In this document: positions 27,520 to 39,117 of the stretch, piece after piece
Layout: each line of letters opens with the position of its first letter
Numbering within the stretch: the first letter of the stretch is position 1
Source: Calcarisporiella thermophila CBS 279.70
Taxonomy: Eukaryota; Fungi; Calcarisporiellomycota
Assembly: GCF_041956535.1 (NCBI RefSeq)
Contig: NW_027192216.1
Span: 315,807 to 379,806 of the forward strand
Reading direction: 5' to 3'
Length of the DNA: 64,000 nucleotides
Notes under the pieces: generated by a model
Databases searched by the model: none
Told to the model about the DNA's origin: nothing
The model's input: the letters and a program-made list of their open reading frames with translations, nothing else
Position numbers and translations under genes: made by a program

Positions 27520-30500
27520 ATGACATTAGTAAAAAAGAACGAAAAACTAGAAGGTAGGATTAAACTAAAGTAATGGTTTATACTACTGGACTTGTTTTCA
27601 ATTTTAACGGTTTTCTGAGCGACTATGATAACCTAACTCTCGATCGAATTGATTCTGGGCCTTGATGTTAACTATTGAACTCTCTAATTTATTGTATTAA
27701 TATAGATTATAAGCGTGATTCTCGCTACAAAAAATATGTCCAACTTGTAGAGAAAAATCTTCAGACTTTCGAAAACATCACCGAGTGGGCCGATCTTATT
27801 GCATTTCTTGGCCGACTTCTAAAGGTGAACATCTACCCATATTATTGCCAAGCTATAACATAACTGAAATTCTGACTTTTAATTTTCAGACGTTTCAGGC
27901 GTTTCCCCAATTTGAAGTTATCCCAAGGAAGCTTACGGTCGCTAAGAGATTGGCCCAATGCCTGAATCCTGCTCTCCCTGCGGGAGTACATCAAAAGACC
28001 CTGGAGGTTTATGAATATATTTTCCAGACAATAGGGGTAAGATTTACACATCATGATTGATATGAATGCCACTAATATTGGAGAATTCAGGCAGATCAGC
28101 TCGCTGATGATCTTGCGCTATATTCAAGTGGCCTATTCCCGTTCGTACAATATGCTGCGATGTCAGTAAAGGTTTGTAAGCTCATCTTTTAGCTGCTAGA
28201 ATAAATGTGCCTCATGTTCAGTTAATATAAATTTTTTAATCGGTTTATAGCCACAGCTTTTGAGCCTCTTCGAAACATACTATTTCCCACTTCACACGCA
28301 GTTGAAACCAATCTTGAAAAGTTTAATTATAGCACTTCTACCGGTCATTGAGGAAGAAAATGGTGAATTTTTTGACAGAGTGGTATCACTATTGGACCAT
28401 CTGTCGCAAACTATCACCATGTCCTACTTCTATCAGTGTATGTGGCTCGTTATGATTACCTCTGCGCAACTCCGGGGGCCAGTGCTTAATTATTTAATTC
28501 GGCGAGCCCCCTCAATGGACTCTCTGGAAGGTATTTAATATACAAGCTTCCATCGTTACATTTCTCAATCTAACGGAAAAATATCTAGATAGGGCATGTT
28601 TTCTGGGAGATGATGCAGGTCTGATGGTGCGTGCCTTTTCTGCAACCTTAGGCGATTCAAATATATTGGTGCAGCGTTCTATGTTAGAGTTGCTTGTAAT
28701 ACAGTTTCCTCTCTCCAAACAGTAAGTTTCAATATTTTATTATCTGTGCTAATTATTTATTAATATGTTAAATTTTAATTTTGTTAGAATCATAAAGCAC
28801 CATGATCTTACATTGCTAATGAAAGCTGCACTGGGAGTTGTCTTGCGCAAGGACATGTCTTTAAACCGACGCTTGTATGGCTGGCTTTTGGGACCACATG
28901 ATCAAAATAATCAACAACAAGAATATTTTTCGAAATATGCACGCGAGCCTCTCACCATAGCTCTTCGGCGTCTTTTCTTCGCAGCTGAAGGTGATCTCGC
29001 AGAAGGTCAAAGACCTTACAAGATAATCGTTTCGCTTATGGATCGTGGCGAAATTGGTCAGCCTATTGTACAGGATTTAATTGTAGACGTACTGCAAAGT
29101 TTACGTGGTCATATCTCAAAAAGCGAATTTGGACCGGGTCTCCTTCCAACGGCAAATATGTTTGTAGAAATGGTGACACCCTACTTGTTCTGGATGAAGT
29201 TGTTCAATCTTATGGACGAAAACTTTCCGAGTTCAGCTTCTGCAAATACCTTAGTAAGCATTTCCCGACTCTCAAAAGCCAACATGCTTATTGACCAGAT
29301 AAACCCATATTATAGCCTTTGGATTTGATAGAGTTCGTCCTCGATACATTCAAATTATTAGAAGAGGAAATTCAGCTCCTGCATATGCCTTTACTCTTAT
29401 TGGCAATTGTGTGCAAAATTGAGGTAATTCAGTAATTCTTTAACAGCATCTCCCAATCTTATCTAACTCCCCTTTTATCTGTTTGCCAGAAAACCGCAAA
29501 TCACCCGGATTTTAACGACCTTTTACCCCAGATAGAACGGGCACTTACCGTTAGTATTAAACTGCTGCGACGAATGCCCGAAAACGTATTCAAAGAACAG
29601 TCTGAGACTTTTGAACCTGAGATTGAGCCTGGCCAAGACAACTCCGATTCTGAGAGCAAGTTGCACAATCACTCCTCAGAAAGCGAAGTAGACGTCGATA
29701 AAGGGTTGGTCAATAGTAAAGATACAAGTGGGGCTCGCTTCTTTAAACGAGGTTCTAATGCCCTCGAGTACATTCGAGATGTGTACACCCCTTGCGCTGG
29801 CGGCAACTATGAGTTTGGTGGGATACGAGGCGCAGTACTTATTAAAGAACTGCTACAGCATTTGCAAATATTTTTGAGAGAACTGGCCAGCCAGAAGGTA
29901 CTTACTTGCTCTGCAGAAGAACAAAGAAAGGTTTCGGCGGTGATGCAGAAAGCATGTACATTATTGGACGGGGTTTCAACGCATGCCATAGATTCTCAAA
30001 CCCTTGTTGTTGGCCAAGATAGACGATGGTTGGAAGTACTACTTGAATGCTGTTATCGAGCACAGGACTTTAGTTTATTGAATGCTGCGCTTTCGCTGGT
30101 TATTGACCTAGTGAGCAAAAAACAACTACCCTCCCTAAGCGTGTGGGCACGGGAACAGGTGCGCAAAATTATGGATCGCCTTTGGTCGTGGCTCTCGCCT
30201 GAATATATTTCTCTTCATCCCCGCATTGTGCAACTCATTTGGCAACTTCATGCAGCGACCCATTTCCATCACATTGAAACACTCATTGCAGGTTATTTGG
30301 TCAACCAAGATACAAAGCAGCGACTCAAAGATTATGAATGTTTCTCGATTTTAGTGCAGCTGTCTGAGAATGTCGAAGATTTAAGCCGTGCTCTCGCCCG
30401 ACCTATGTTCCTTATGCTTGACACGCTACGCGATGACAATCCTACTAACCGGCGTGCTGGAGAGTCTTGGTTGCGCACACATCTCAAATCTCATGCCCGT

Positions 30501-33500
30501 CTGCTTGACCCGATAATTCAAATCTTACAGCACCCATCTATTTGTCGAAGACAAACGACCGCTACCCTTGATGACGAAACTATATCCTTTTATTACTACG
30601 AGAAGAACTTTAACCAAACCGAGGTACTCTATGCCCTAGAGACATTGTTAACAATATGTCGTTTTGGAGGACAATCTTTCTTGAGATCTACGCGTGTCCA
30701 CAGTGCTAGCTTATCCCCTGGCAACATATCTTTGGATGACATGAAGGCGAGGGAGGCACCACACGGCTACACGTCTTATTTTGAATGCATGGTTATGAAT
30801 GCCTTAAAGTAAGCTCACTACCCTTTGAGCCGAGTTTTGAAGTTTTTTTTACCATTTTCTACATTAGATTGCTCGAAAGCGAGGTGTCTGAGTCGTTTAT
30901 TTCCTCCATGGGTCTCACCAACGAGTCCATTCAAATTACAGCAACAGATCTGCTACATTTCTTTGCAACCAAGTCTGAGTTCATGGATTTGGCGCTGGTT
31001 CAACAGGCATACGAAGTGACGCTGCGAAAATTACTTTTTTGCATTTCCGTATCACGACTGGACCTCCAAACTCGTCTGCTCTTCCTGCTTCATGCGACTT
31101 CCTCCCTCTTATCTCGAGCGGAGAGACGCCGTAAAAATTCAGCTGCCACTGCCGACCATCCCGATGAAGATGGAGAATTGGCTACATCTTTTACTCTATC
31201 TACGCCCATGGACGCTGCAAGCTCTCCACTTCTGATTAAATGTCTGATAAACGCACTTTCCATGCCTTCAAACCGGCCCCTCTTGCAGCACTGGCTTGAT
31301 TTTGTAGTTTCCTGCCTTTCTTTCTGGAGTCATGCTTTTAAACGCATACTACTTCCATTGATGCAATGCTTGAGCGACCAACTGGTGCGCTGTTTCCAAG
31401 ATATGCAGGCCCATTTGGAATATGGTGCACCAACCTGCTCAGAAGAAGACATGGTGGGGCTCCTGATGTGTTTCGAAAGAGTGCTATTATTTTGCCTTGT
31501 CGAGGGTCGCATCGACGAGACCAATGCTTCTATGAGTGTAGGGGCCTCTACCGATTCGAGGGCATCTTCATTACCTCTTGGCATCTCTGAAGGGACGGGA
31601 GGGCTAAGATCCTTAGCTGGGTATCTGTTTTCGGCTGACTCAGGGAATGATTCGAATGTGCAGGAAAATAAGGTTTGAAGAGGCATACATCAATGATTTG
31701 ATTCATATAATAATCTAACATTGGCCTATTCTATCTCAGCTCCAGGCACGCGAAACCATTCTCTACCACCTTCCCACTACACTTCAAATCCTACTAGATA
31801 TCTGGTCCATCTTCGAACCCCCCAATCAAATTGAGAGCCCATCCCTAAGGGAGCGTGTCCATTTCCGTATCCGCAGACTTCTAGAGCGTACTTATAAAAA
31901 CTCGCCCGCCGATACCGTAGAGGCGTTCGTGGAAATGTGGCTCGGCGAAAACACGGTTTCACTGATAACCGGAGATTCCGCAGAGAAGCATGAAAAATCA
32001 AGTATCGTCATTACGGTTATGAACTCGATACCAGCCCTCTCCCCACAAGCTGTCATTGTTTCCCTACTGGATTCCGTTCGGTTGAGGTCGCCGGTTACTC
32101 AGTCTTCAAGTCGATCAAGGAGAAATATTTTGCGAGCTGGCAAATTATCGGATATCTCGGTCATGCGGTTTCTTGAACAATACTGTAGCAATACATCTCG
32201 TGAAGTTGTTATGGACGTCTGGCCCCAATGCCTTGGGTTTGTAAAAGAGTTCGTGGCAAATGCCTCTCAATGCAAGCACTTCTTTCCTGGACTGTTACGT
32301 TTCATGACCATCATGATGGATAAACTCAGCATGGGCCCCTTGTGGGAAGATAAGAAAGTTCGACGCGATGCTCAGGTAATTGCTGGCTAATCGGTTTACA
32401 AAGCTATTGCAAGCATTCAATCTCAACGTGCTGGAAATTTTTTTAGGACCAATATCAGCGTATGCTAGATTATTGCATTTTAATTTCAGGCAAATCCTTT
32501 GATCAAGGGATCTGGTTGCGACGATCGAATTATGAGGATGAACAGGAAGTATCCTCGGATCCTGGCGTGGAAATCTCGGAAACTGCAGAGAAGGATCAGA
32601 CAATAACACCAAACGCCAGCACCCCCGATCTTGAGAAGCGCACCCTTTCATCAAAATATAAAGAGGATCTCACAATTCAGCAGGTATATTTGGCTCGCTT
32701 GACTCGTATTTTGTAATCGAGGTATTAACCGTTCCAATCCAACACTAGATCAACCTCTATTTTGCCCAAACAGTTATTGGCTTACTCCGCAGGTTGCTTA
32801 TCGACCCTGACAAGATTAACGCTGTTCTCTCGAATCTCATGTACTACGTTGTGACTCCTCAGTTGAAGACGCGGGTTACTGGGTAAGAATGAACTCCCAT
32901 GTATCGCTGGCGTATGCAGCTTACATATCACATACTTTAAAGGGGAGGCAAGGGTAATTATCTCATTCCGGATATGCTTTCTGAGATATCCTCCATTCCC
33001 TTTGCGTACCGAACGTGGCGCAAGGAAATCTGGGACACTTTCCTTGACAATAAATTCTTTGTTATGGACGCTTCTGGTGCACAAAAGTGGAAGCACTTGA
33101 TTCAGTGCGTTATGCAATCGGAGAAGGAGCGCTTTGCTGAGTTAATCGGTCGCATCAGCACCACTCCCTCGACAACTGCTCTATTCTCTAACCGTGAGCA
33201 AGAGGAACTTAACCGCTCCTTGAACCTACGCCGCCTGAGCTTCATCTTGTACTGCGGAGAAAAAGATCAGTATTTGCCGCGTTTGCCGAGCATCTTGGAA
33301 AAATTGGTCGACCTATTCCGACTGAACCAAATTGAGCCTGCCCACGTCGAGGTAAATACGATTGTGGGCCTTCTCGTAGGGAAGAGTTACTGAACTGAAA
33401 TATACATGCGTGTGAATAGCTCTACCTCTGTTTGCGTGTGCTACTTATGCGAATTTCGCACCACCATTTGAGCAATTTCTGGCCTACTGTATTGACTGAA

Positions 33501-34091
33501 CTGGTAAGGAGAGAGTCTCTTGATGTCTGATCGAATATACTGCTAACATGGGGTTTAGCTGCGTTTCTTTGATATTGTTCTCCAAAACGATACTCTGCAT
33601 CGGCCTGAAGATTTACGAGTTTTCCTTGCTGCGTGTAAATTTTTGGATTTGACCTTTACCCTGCAAATCGAGGCATTGCAAATGTAAGCTTCCCCTGACT
33701 CGCATTCTTTCCCCTAACTCACATTCTGATGGTTACTCTTGGCTAACGCATTGGTTTTGCACCATGTATCAGTCACCAATGGATATTTATTGATGATACG
33801 GTGGACTCTCTGGACGAGACACCCCACGCACTACTCGACTGTATTGCCAACAAATTTTCCGACTCCAACCTTCCCGCCACCAACATGGACGTAGCCCCTT
33901 CCCCAGGCGAGCTCAAACGCCCGTTGCTCACCATGCGTCAAGTCACGAATGTGCGCGAACTCTGCTTCTTCTTGAAGCACATCAGTCTTTATGTGCATCA
34001 ATCCATTTTCACCCTTGCCCCGCCTGATCTGACATTTATCGAGGAGCTAATATTGGGCGATTTACTAGATGAAGAGAGCACGGAGAGTTAG
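27520..34091 (+). CDS. DOP1: Dopey/Dop1 endosome-Golgi trafficking protein
   Basis: Dopey_N motifs EWADLIAFLGRL, KRLAQCLNPALPAGVHQKTLEVY and LRKDMSLNRRLYGWLLG. The C-terminus has LRRLSFIL..DQYL and HQWIFI. Exon 1 (MTLVKKNEKLE) is inferred. Confidence 0.92.
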
Positions 34092-35039
34092 TGCCACCGT
34101 CTATCCGGATGACTCTTATTTTTTTTATTTGTTTTCAGAAAGCGTGACGGGTGTTTCGTTTTTTTTTTTTCACCCATATCCATTCTTTTTTGCCTTATGA
34201 TTATCCTCACTTATCTTTCGCTTCCTTATTTTAATTTTCTATTTGTGATGTAGATTTCTGACTTCGCTTTTTTGTTACTAAAATCCTGAACCAGACTGCT
34301 TATCAACTTTTGAAGCAAATGTTCCTTTTGCGTGCGAGGAGCTTATTGTGAAAATCTTCCTTTTCACCACGATTTAGGGAATGAACACCGTCTAGCTAAA
34401 AATAAGAAGCATTTCTTGGTGATATGTCGCTGAAACCAGTAGGATATCGAATCACCTTATGTACAAACACCCCTTGACGAAAAAAACAAGAAAAAGGAAA
34501 AAAAAACGGAGAGTAAAAATATGGTGGGGGTGCAAAAAAATACAAGAATTGAACAACTATACTACGAGAAAAATGGGGGGTTTGGATACATGTTGAAAGC
34601 ATTTTTTACCAAACAAACTTCCAACCTATTGCTTCAGTCACACCTCTTCTCTAACTCAGCTTTTTCACCCTCACTGGTGACGGAATACCACAAGATCCCC
34701 TGCCATTCATATCCTAGGTGCTGATTTGGAATTATGTCGCCCTGCGTTACGATATCGAGGACAACCTGGGCACAGCAAAATGCTCTAGATAGTTAAAAGG
34801 TGGATGCCAATACCTCAAGCGGATCAAATTGAGTTTCTTCAACTACTAATACATTCTATTGCTAAGTAAGAATCCTAAATAAATACACTAGATTACGCAA
34901 TAAACATTAGTATAGTATGAATATAAGTTTAAAGATGGGTAGAATGTTATTCGCTCTATGGTGGGCTGATTTTTCGGCCCAGTAGTTATTTTGATTATAT
35001 TATAATGTTTTCTACATCCCAAAATTCGCAGATTAGTGA

Positions 35040-35121
35040 GTCGCTTTGGCGGAGTGGTTAACGCGGTGCCCTGCTAAGGCATTGTCCTTTGGACGCGCAG
35101 GTTCGAATCCTGCAGGCGACG
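35040..35121 (+). tRNA. tRNA-Ser (anticodon GCU), intronless, long variable arm
   Basis: Acceptor stem GTCGCTT/AGGCGAC, A-box TGGCGGAGTGG, anticodon arm GTGCC-CTGCTAA-GGCAT, variable arm GTCC-TTT-GGAC, B-box GGTTCGAATCC and discriminator G. A T-run Pol III terminator follows. Confidence 0.96.
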
Positions 35122-35310
35122 AAAAATTTTTGAAAATGAATTTTCAATCTTTTTTTTTTTTTGGGGGGGGGATCTACGGTCTTTTAGAGAAGGTATATTT
35201 AGACTGAGTTAATCAAAGAGGACAAAATGTACATAAAAGTCGAAATGGACCAACGCAAACGAATACAAACATTGATATAGGTTACAAATATACAGCTCCA
35301 AATTAGGAAA

Positions 35311-36654
35311 TTAATGTTTGGTAAACTGATCTAGGACGATAATGACAACCTCTCCCTCCCATCTCCTCGCCAGCTTTTCCCAGTCCCCGGCACGCTGAAT
35401 CCGCTGCTTCACCAAACGGCCACTGGTGTTGCACCTCCAATAACAGCCCATCCTACTCCGTTGGTCTCGACGGGACCCTGTTAGCCGTTGCAGCTGAAAG
35501 CGAATGTGCTCCTGTAGAACTCTGAAGCCATGGACATCACGGGTAAGGCGGAGAAGCAGAGCTGTATCGGGATCAAGCAAAACACGAACGCTAACCGGGG
35601 GCGCAGGAGGAGGCTTTTCGGTGGGGGGTGGGGGAGGGGCGAGGGGCAGAGACGGTAGGGAGTGTCGTGGGATTCGGTAGAGGGGTACCTGGGATTGGGC
35701 CGATGGAAAGGAGCGCGGTTCACACATGGACTTGTTTCTTGCAAAGCCATCTGATGGGACCGCAGGCATATCGCCGGGGTTGCTGGGATAATGGTCGCGC
35801 TTCTCGTGGATGGTTTCGGCGCAACTCCACCCATTAAACAAAGGCGATTCGAACACAAGCTGGGCAGGTGGTCGGAAATCGTCATCGTCCTCCTCGTCTG
35901 TATCGAAGTCGGATCCAGCGTCGGAGAGCTCGACCTGCGGGTCCGAGAAGGAGCCCTTCCCATGGCTCAATTTTGAAATAGAGGAGTGGTCCTCAGAGGA
36001 GGAGACTGAGAGACTGCACCCAACGACCTCACTGCTGTATTCACTGCTTGGGGAGGATTCGCAGTGTGGTTTGCGTACCTTTAGGTCCATCGTTGGAGGT
36101 ATACGTTTGTCGAACAGCGCTGTGTCCACGGTATCGCCAACGGCACTCTCCTCATTCTGCGGGGGCTGCGACTCACCCTTGCCCCTGTCCTTATTCTCGT
36201 CCAGTTGGTTCAGCTCGAAGAAATTCCTAACCAGAGGCAGCCTGGTTAAGGCGTCCTCTGAGCAGAGGATCCGCTCTGCTATCGCATTCCACTCCTGTGC
36301 TCTCCGCTTCCTTCCCCCCTTCACTCCGAGCCATTCAATCAATCTTCCACTAATACGCCTATTGTTCCCGACATCGAGAAGCTTCTCGACCGAATCGGTT
36401 GTCTTGGTGCGCAAGGCGATCTCGCGAGACAAAATCTGAGTGAAGTAGATCAGCTCTGCATCGCCTCGATAGATGGAGTAGGAGACGTGGCCTTTTCGGA
36501 GTTGAATTTTATAATGCATAGAAGAGATGGCCTCAACATGGACCGTAATGCTTAGGCTTTCTGATATGATCTTGGTGGTGCCGGAACGAGGGACGAGTAT
36601 GGAGCGGGGCTCGGGGAGAGGAACTGAACCCACAGGCAGAATATGTGCAAGCAT
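35311..36654 (-). CDS. Intronless 447-aa protein with a putative N-terminal PX-like domain, Ser/acidic linker, poly-Pro and a C-terminal PB1-like domain
   Basis: A long uninterrupted ORF. YKIQL...YSIYR..EL..F..IL..VRNFF resembles PX, and VSVRVLL..LLLRL..F..LQEHI..Y....RI...DW..VIIV resembles PB1. These domain calls are pattern-based only. Confidence 0.6.
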   Translation of the reverse strand: MLAHILPVGSVPLPEPRSILVPRSGTTKIISESLSITVHVEAISSMHYKIQLRKGHVSYSIYRGDAELIYFTQILSREIALRTKTTDSVEKLLDVGNNRRISGRLIEWLGVKGGRKRRAQEWNAIAERILCSEDALTRLPLVRNFFELNQLDENKDRGKGESQPPQNEESAVGDTVDTALFDKRIPPTMDLKVRKPHCESSPSSEYSSEVVGCSLSVSSSEDHSSISKLSHGKGSFSDPQVELSDAGSDFDTDEEDDDDFRPPAQLVFESPLFNGWSCAETIHEKRDHYPSNPGDMPAVPSDGFARNKSMCEPRSFPSAQSQVPLYRIPRHSLPSLPLAPPPPPTEKPPPAPPVSVRVLLDPDTALLLRLTRDVHGFRVLQEHIRFQLQRLTGSRRDQRSRMGCYWRCNTSGRLVKQRIQRAGDWEKLARRWEGEVVIIVLDQFTKH

Positions 36655-37036
36655 AATGACAGGTTAAATCTCTGGCCAAGATGTATGAGAGAACAGCTGG
36701 GAAGCATCAAGGATGGAGTTGGTATGCCAAACGTTCCTCATACAGCAGCGGCTAAGTGGTTTGATAAGCAATGGAGAGAAGAGCAAGTCTTGTAGCTCCA
36801 GAAATGTATTGGGATGCCAAGTGCTCGAATGCCTCGTGGCAAAATACAAAAAAAAAATCCGACCCTTTTTTAGGGCCAGTGTGGAGTATATATATGCCAT
36901 TTTCGAGCAAGGGGGAAGTGCTCAGACTGCAGACTCCGGTTTAGTGAACAGAGAGGACGGATGGACTAAAAAGAGCATAGGATTTGACAGAAAGGCGGGC
37001 CATTAAGTGGACATGCTAAGTGTTGCAGGGGCTGCC

Positions 37037-37947
37037 ACAACAACCACCAGAAACCCCTTCCTAAGAGGCGAGCTTTCTCTGTTTTAGCGGCCACCAGGCG
37101 AGCCTTGTCAGTCCTGGACCGCAAAAGGTGCCCCAGGTTAATGAACAGTAAATTGAAACCCTGCTATTGCAGGCCACCTGTGGCGCTTTCTCCCCGCCTC
37201 GCTAGCCTCTCAGAGCTTACGGGATTGACTGCTTGTGGCTCCAGCCAACCGGCAGCAGTCCTCGTTCTCTGGGCTCAAAGCTTTTTCATTTGACTTTCCC
37301 AACTCTCTTGGGGCGAGGTCCAGGATAGCGGACAGCGGGCAACTGAGGTCTCGAGCTCTCTCAAAAGCAGCCTAAGAAAAGAGAAACTGTCCGTTGTTGT
37401 TGAACGCGCGAACATCCAATCACTGTGGGCATTGGCCAACCCGAATGTTTGACCCTTCCTTATACGTCCGTCTCCTTGCCGGCCGCAATATAACACCTGC
37501 CAAGCCTCCACGCTGACCTGCTACCAACCCGTGGTAATTGCTCTCAAATTTGTTTGATCGCTGTCTCGAGCGGCCGGCAAGGAGACAGATGCAAAAGGAA
37601 GGTCCAGGGCCTGTTTGTTTGCTCCAAGCGCCCGAAAACTCCCGTGCTATCTCGCTCCCCCGAGAGGGCGAGGGGCCGTGGCGGGGGCTTACCTTCACCG
37701 GGCTCTCCCTTCTCGGGCTCGCAGGACCTTGGGCAACCTGTTCAGTCAGGAGACAAAGCCTGGTCAAACAAGCGAAATGAAGGCCCCCTGCCAAGTGCGC
37801 AGAGTACAGTCCTCAGGACCGAGTACAAGAGACACCCCATTCCCATGCCACCCCTCCACCCTAGGATCCAAAGAAACCTCGTTTTCCAGCGTCCTGGCCA
37901 GGAGTCGGCGGTGCCTCTCGCCGTTTCCACTCTAATAAAATTTGTGG
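37037..37947 (+). ncRNA. Candidate large structured non-coding RNA (unassigned)
   Basis: Multiple nested stems, including a perfect 17-bp GTCTCCTTGCCGGCCGC/GCGGCCGGCAAGGAGAC, TGTTTGACC/GGTCAAACA, GACTGCT/AGCAGTC and ACAACAAC/GTTGTTGT. It ends in AATTTGTGG and contains no convincing protein-coding ORF. Confidence 0.4.
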
Positions 37948-38372
37948 TTGAAACTCGATCATTTTTATTAGTATTAATCAACAACAGGAAGCAATAGTAA
38001 TACTCAATATCACTGGGCAAATAGCGCAGTCATGGGTGGGCCTAAGTGGGCGATAGTTTGGGGTGTGAGAGGCATGGGCTCTGATGGGTATATTCACTCT
38101 CGTTCCCCTTTGTTGGTCCAGTCTACTTCGGTTAACAACGGGCATTTCAATATGAATGTAGTTCGCCACTTTCGTTATTCCAGTGTCGGACTCCGCGAGG
38201 ATATTTGCCGGATAGCCACGTGGGGTGGCAACCATTGAGTTCATATGACGTCAGCACTACTCTCTTTTAAGCTCCTGACAATGTGACCACAGTATGAAGC
38301 CTGTATCCGCTCTAACTGACAAAAGACTGTGAAATAGCCACCACAAGCCAATTAGTGCGAAGGAGCAACGCT

Positions 38373-38931
38373 ATGAGCAACAGTACCTCTCTGCTCTTGC
38401 CTCCGTGTTTCACGATGGCACGCACTAATTAGAGGGTTTTTTTTTTGTAGGCCGCGCCAACGGAGTGTTTGCCACTTTTCTCGACGGAGGGCGAATCTAT
38501 ACGTGCGCTATGTGTAACACCCATCTCGCTCGGCACGATGAGATTATATCCAAGGTAATGGCTCTATGGCGCGCATTACGTTGCTCTTTCTCACTCTGGC
38601 TCTTCTGTCCCATTAGGCCTTTAATGGAAGACATGGGCGCGCTTACTTGTTCAATCATGTTGAGAACATTTCGCTGGGCCCTCGGGAGGATAGGGTGCTC
38701 ATGAGTGGGCTGCATTCGGTAGCAGATATTAGCTGTTTGGTGTGCCAGACGGTGGTTGGATGGAAATATGTAAGTCGTAGCTTTCTCTTTCTCCTTCAGA
38801 CACTCCCTCGCGAACTAATGGACCGAACGCGGAATTAGATTGCAGCATTCGAACCCTCACAGCGGTATAAGGAGGGCAAATACATTGTAGAAAAGGCAAA
38901 AATCACAAAGGAGAACGGTTGGGACGACTAG
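38373..38931 (+). CDS. Yippee-like (YPEL/Moh1 family) zinc-binding protein
   Basis: Spliced [85 protein letters not shown], with three introns. Confidence 0.93.
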
Positions 38932-39117
38932 AGATGACTCTACTCTTTAATACCGCCTTGAAGCCCTATTTTCAAAGATTTTACGACTGAGCTTTATTGT
39001 AATCTTGTATGAATTGCCATCAATGCTTCGTTTGTGCTACTAGTCAGCATGTCATGCTATTCACCCAATGTATTTTCATGATTATTATTAACTTATTTTG
39101 GAAGGAGGACTGGAACA

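Noticed and set aside
35149-35171. T-run followed by a G-run after the tRNA (also a G-run at about 45313)
   Set aside because: These are simple homopolymers in non-coding DNA with no supportable function beyond Pol III termination.
37630-37695. GAAAACTCCC ... GGGGCTTAC, resembling the RNase MRP P4 strands; CTTACCTT, resembling the U1 5' end
   Set aside because: The two strands are only about 50 nt apart and form a simple hairpin, which is too close for MRP. There is no ATACTTACC and no U1 stem-loops.
37105-38244. Several overlapping 60-147 aa ORFs on both strands
   Set aside because: They have no recognisable domains and mostly non-ATG starts, as expected by chance in GC-richer DNA.
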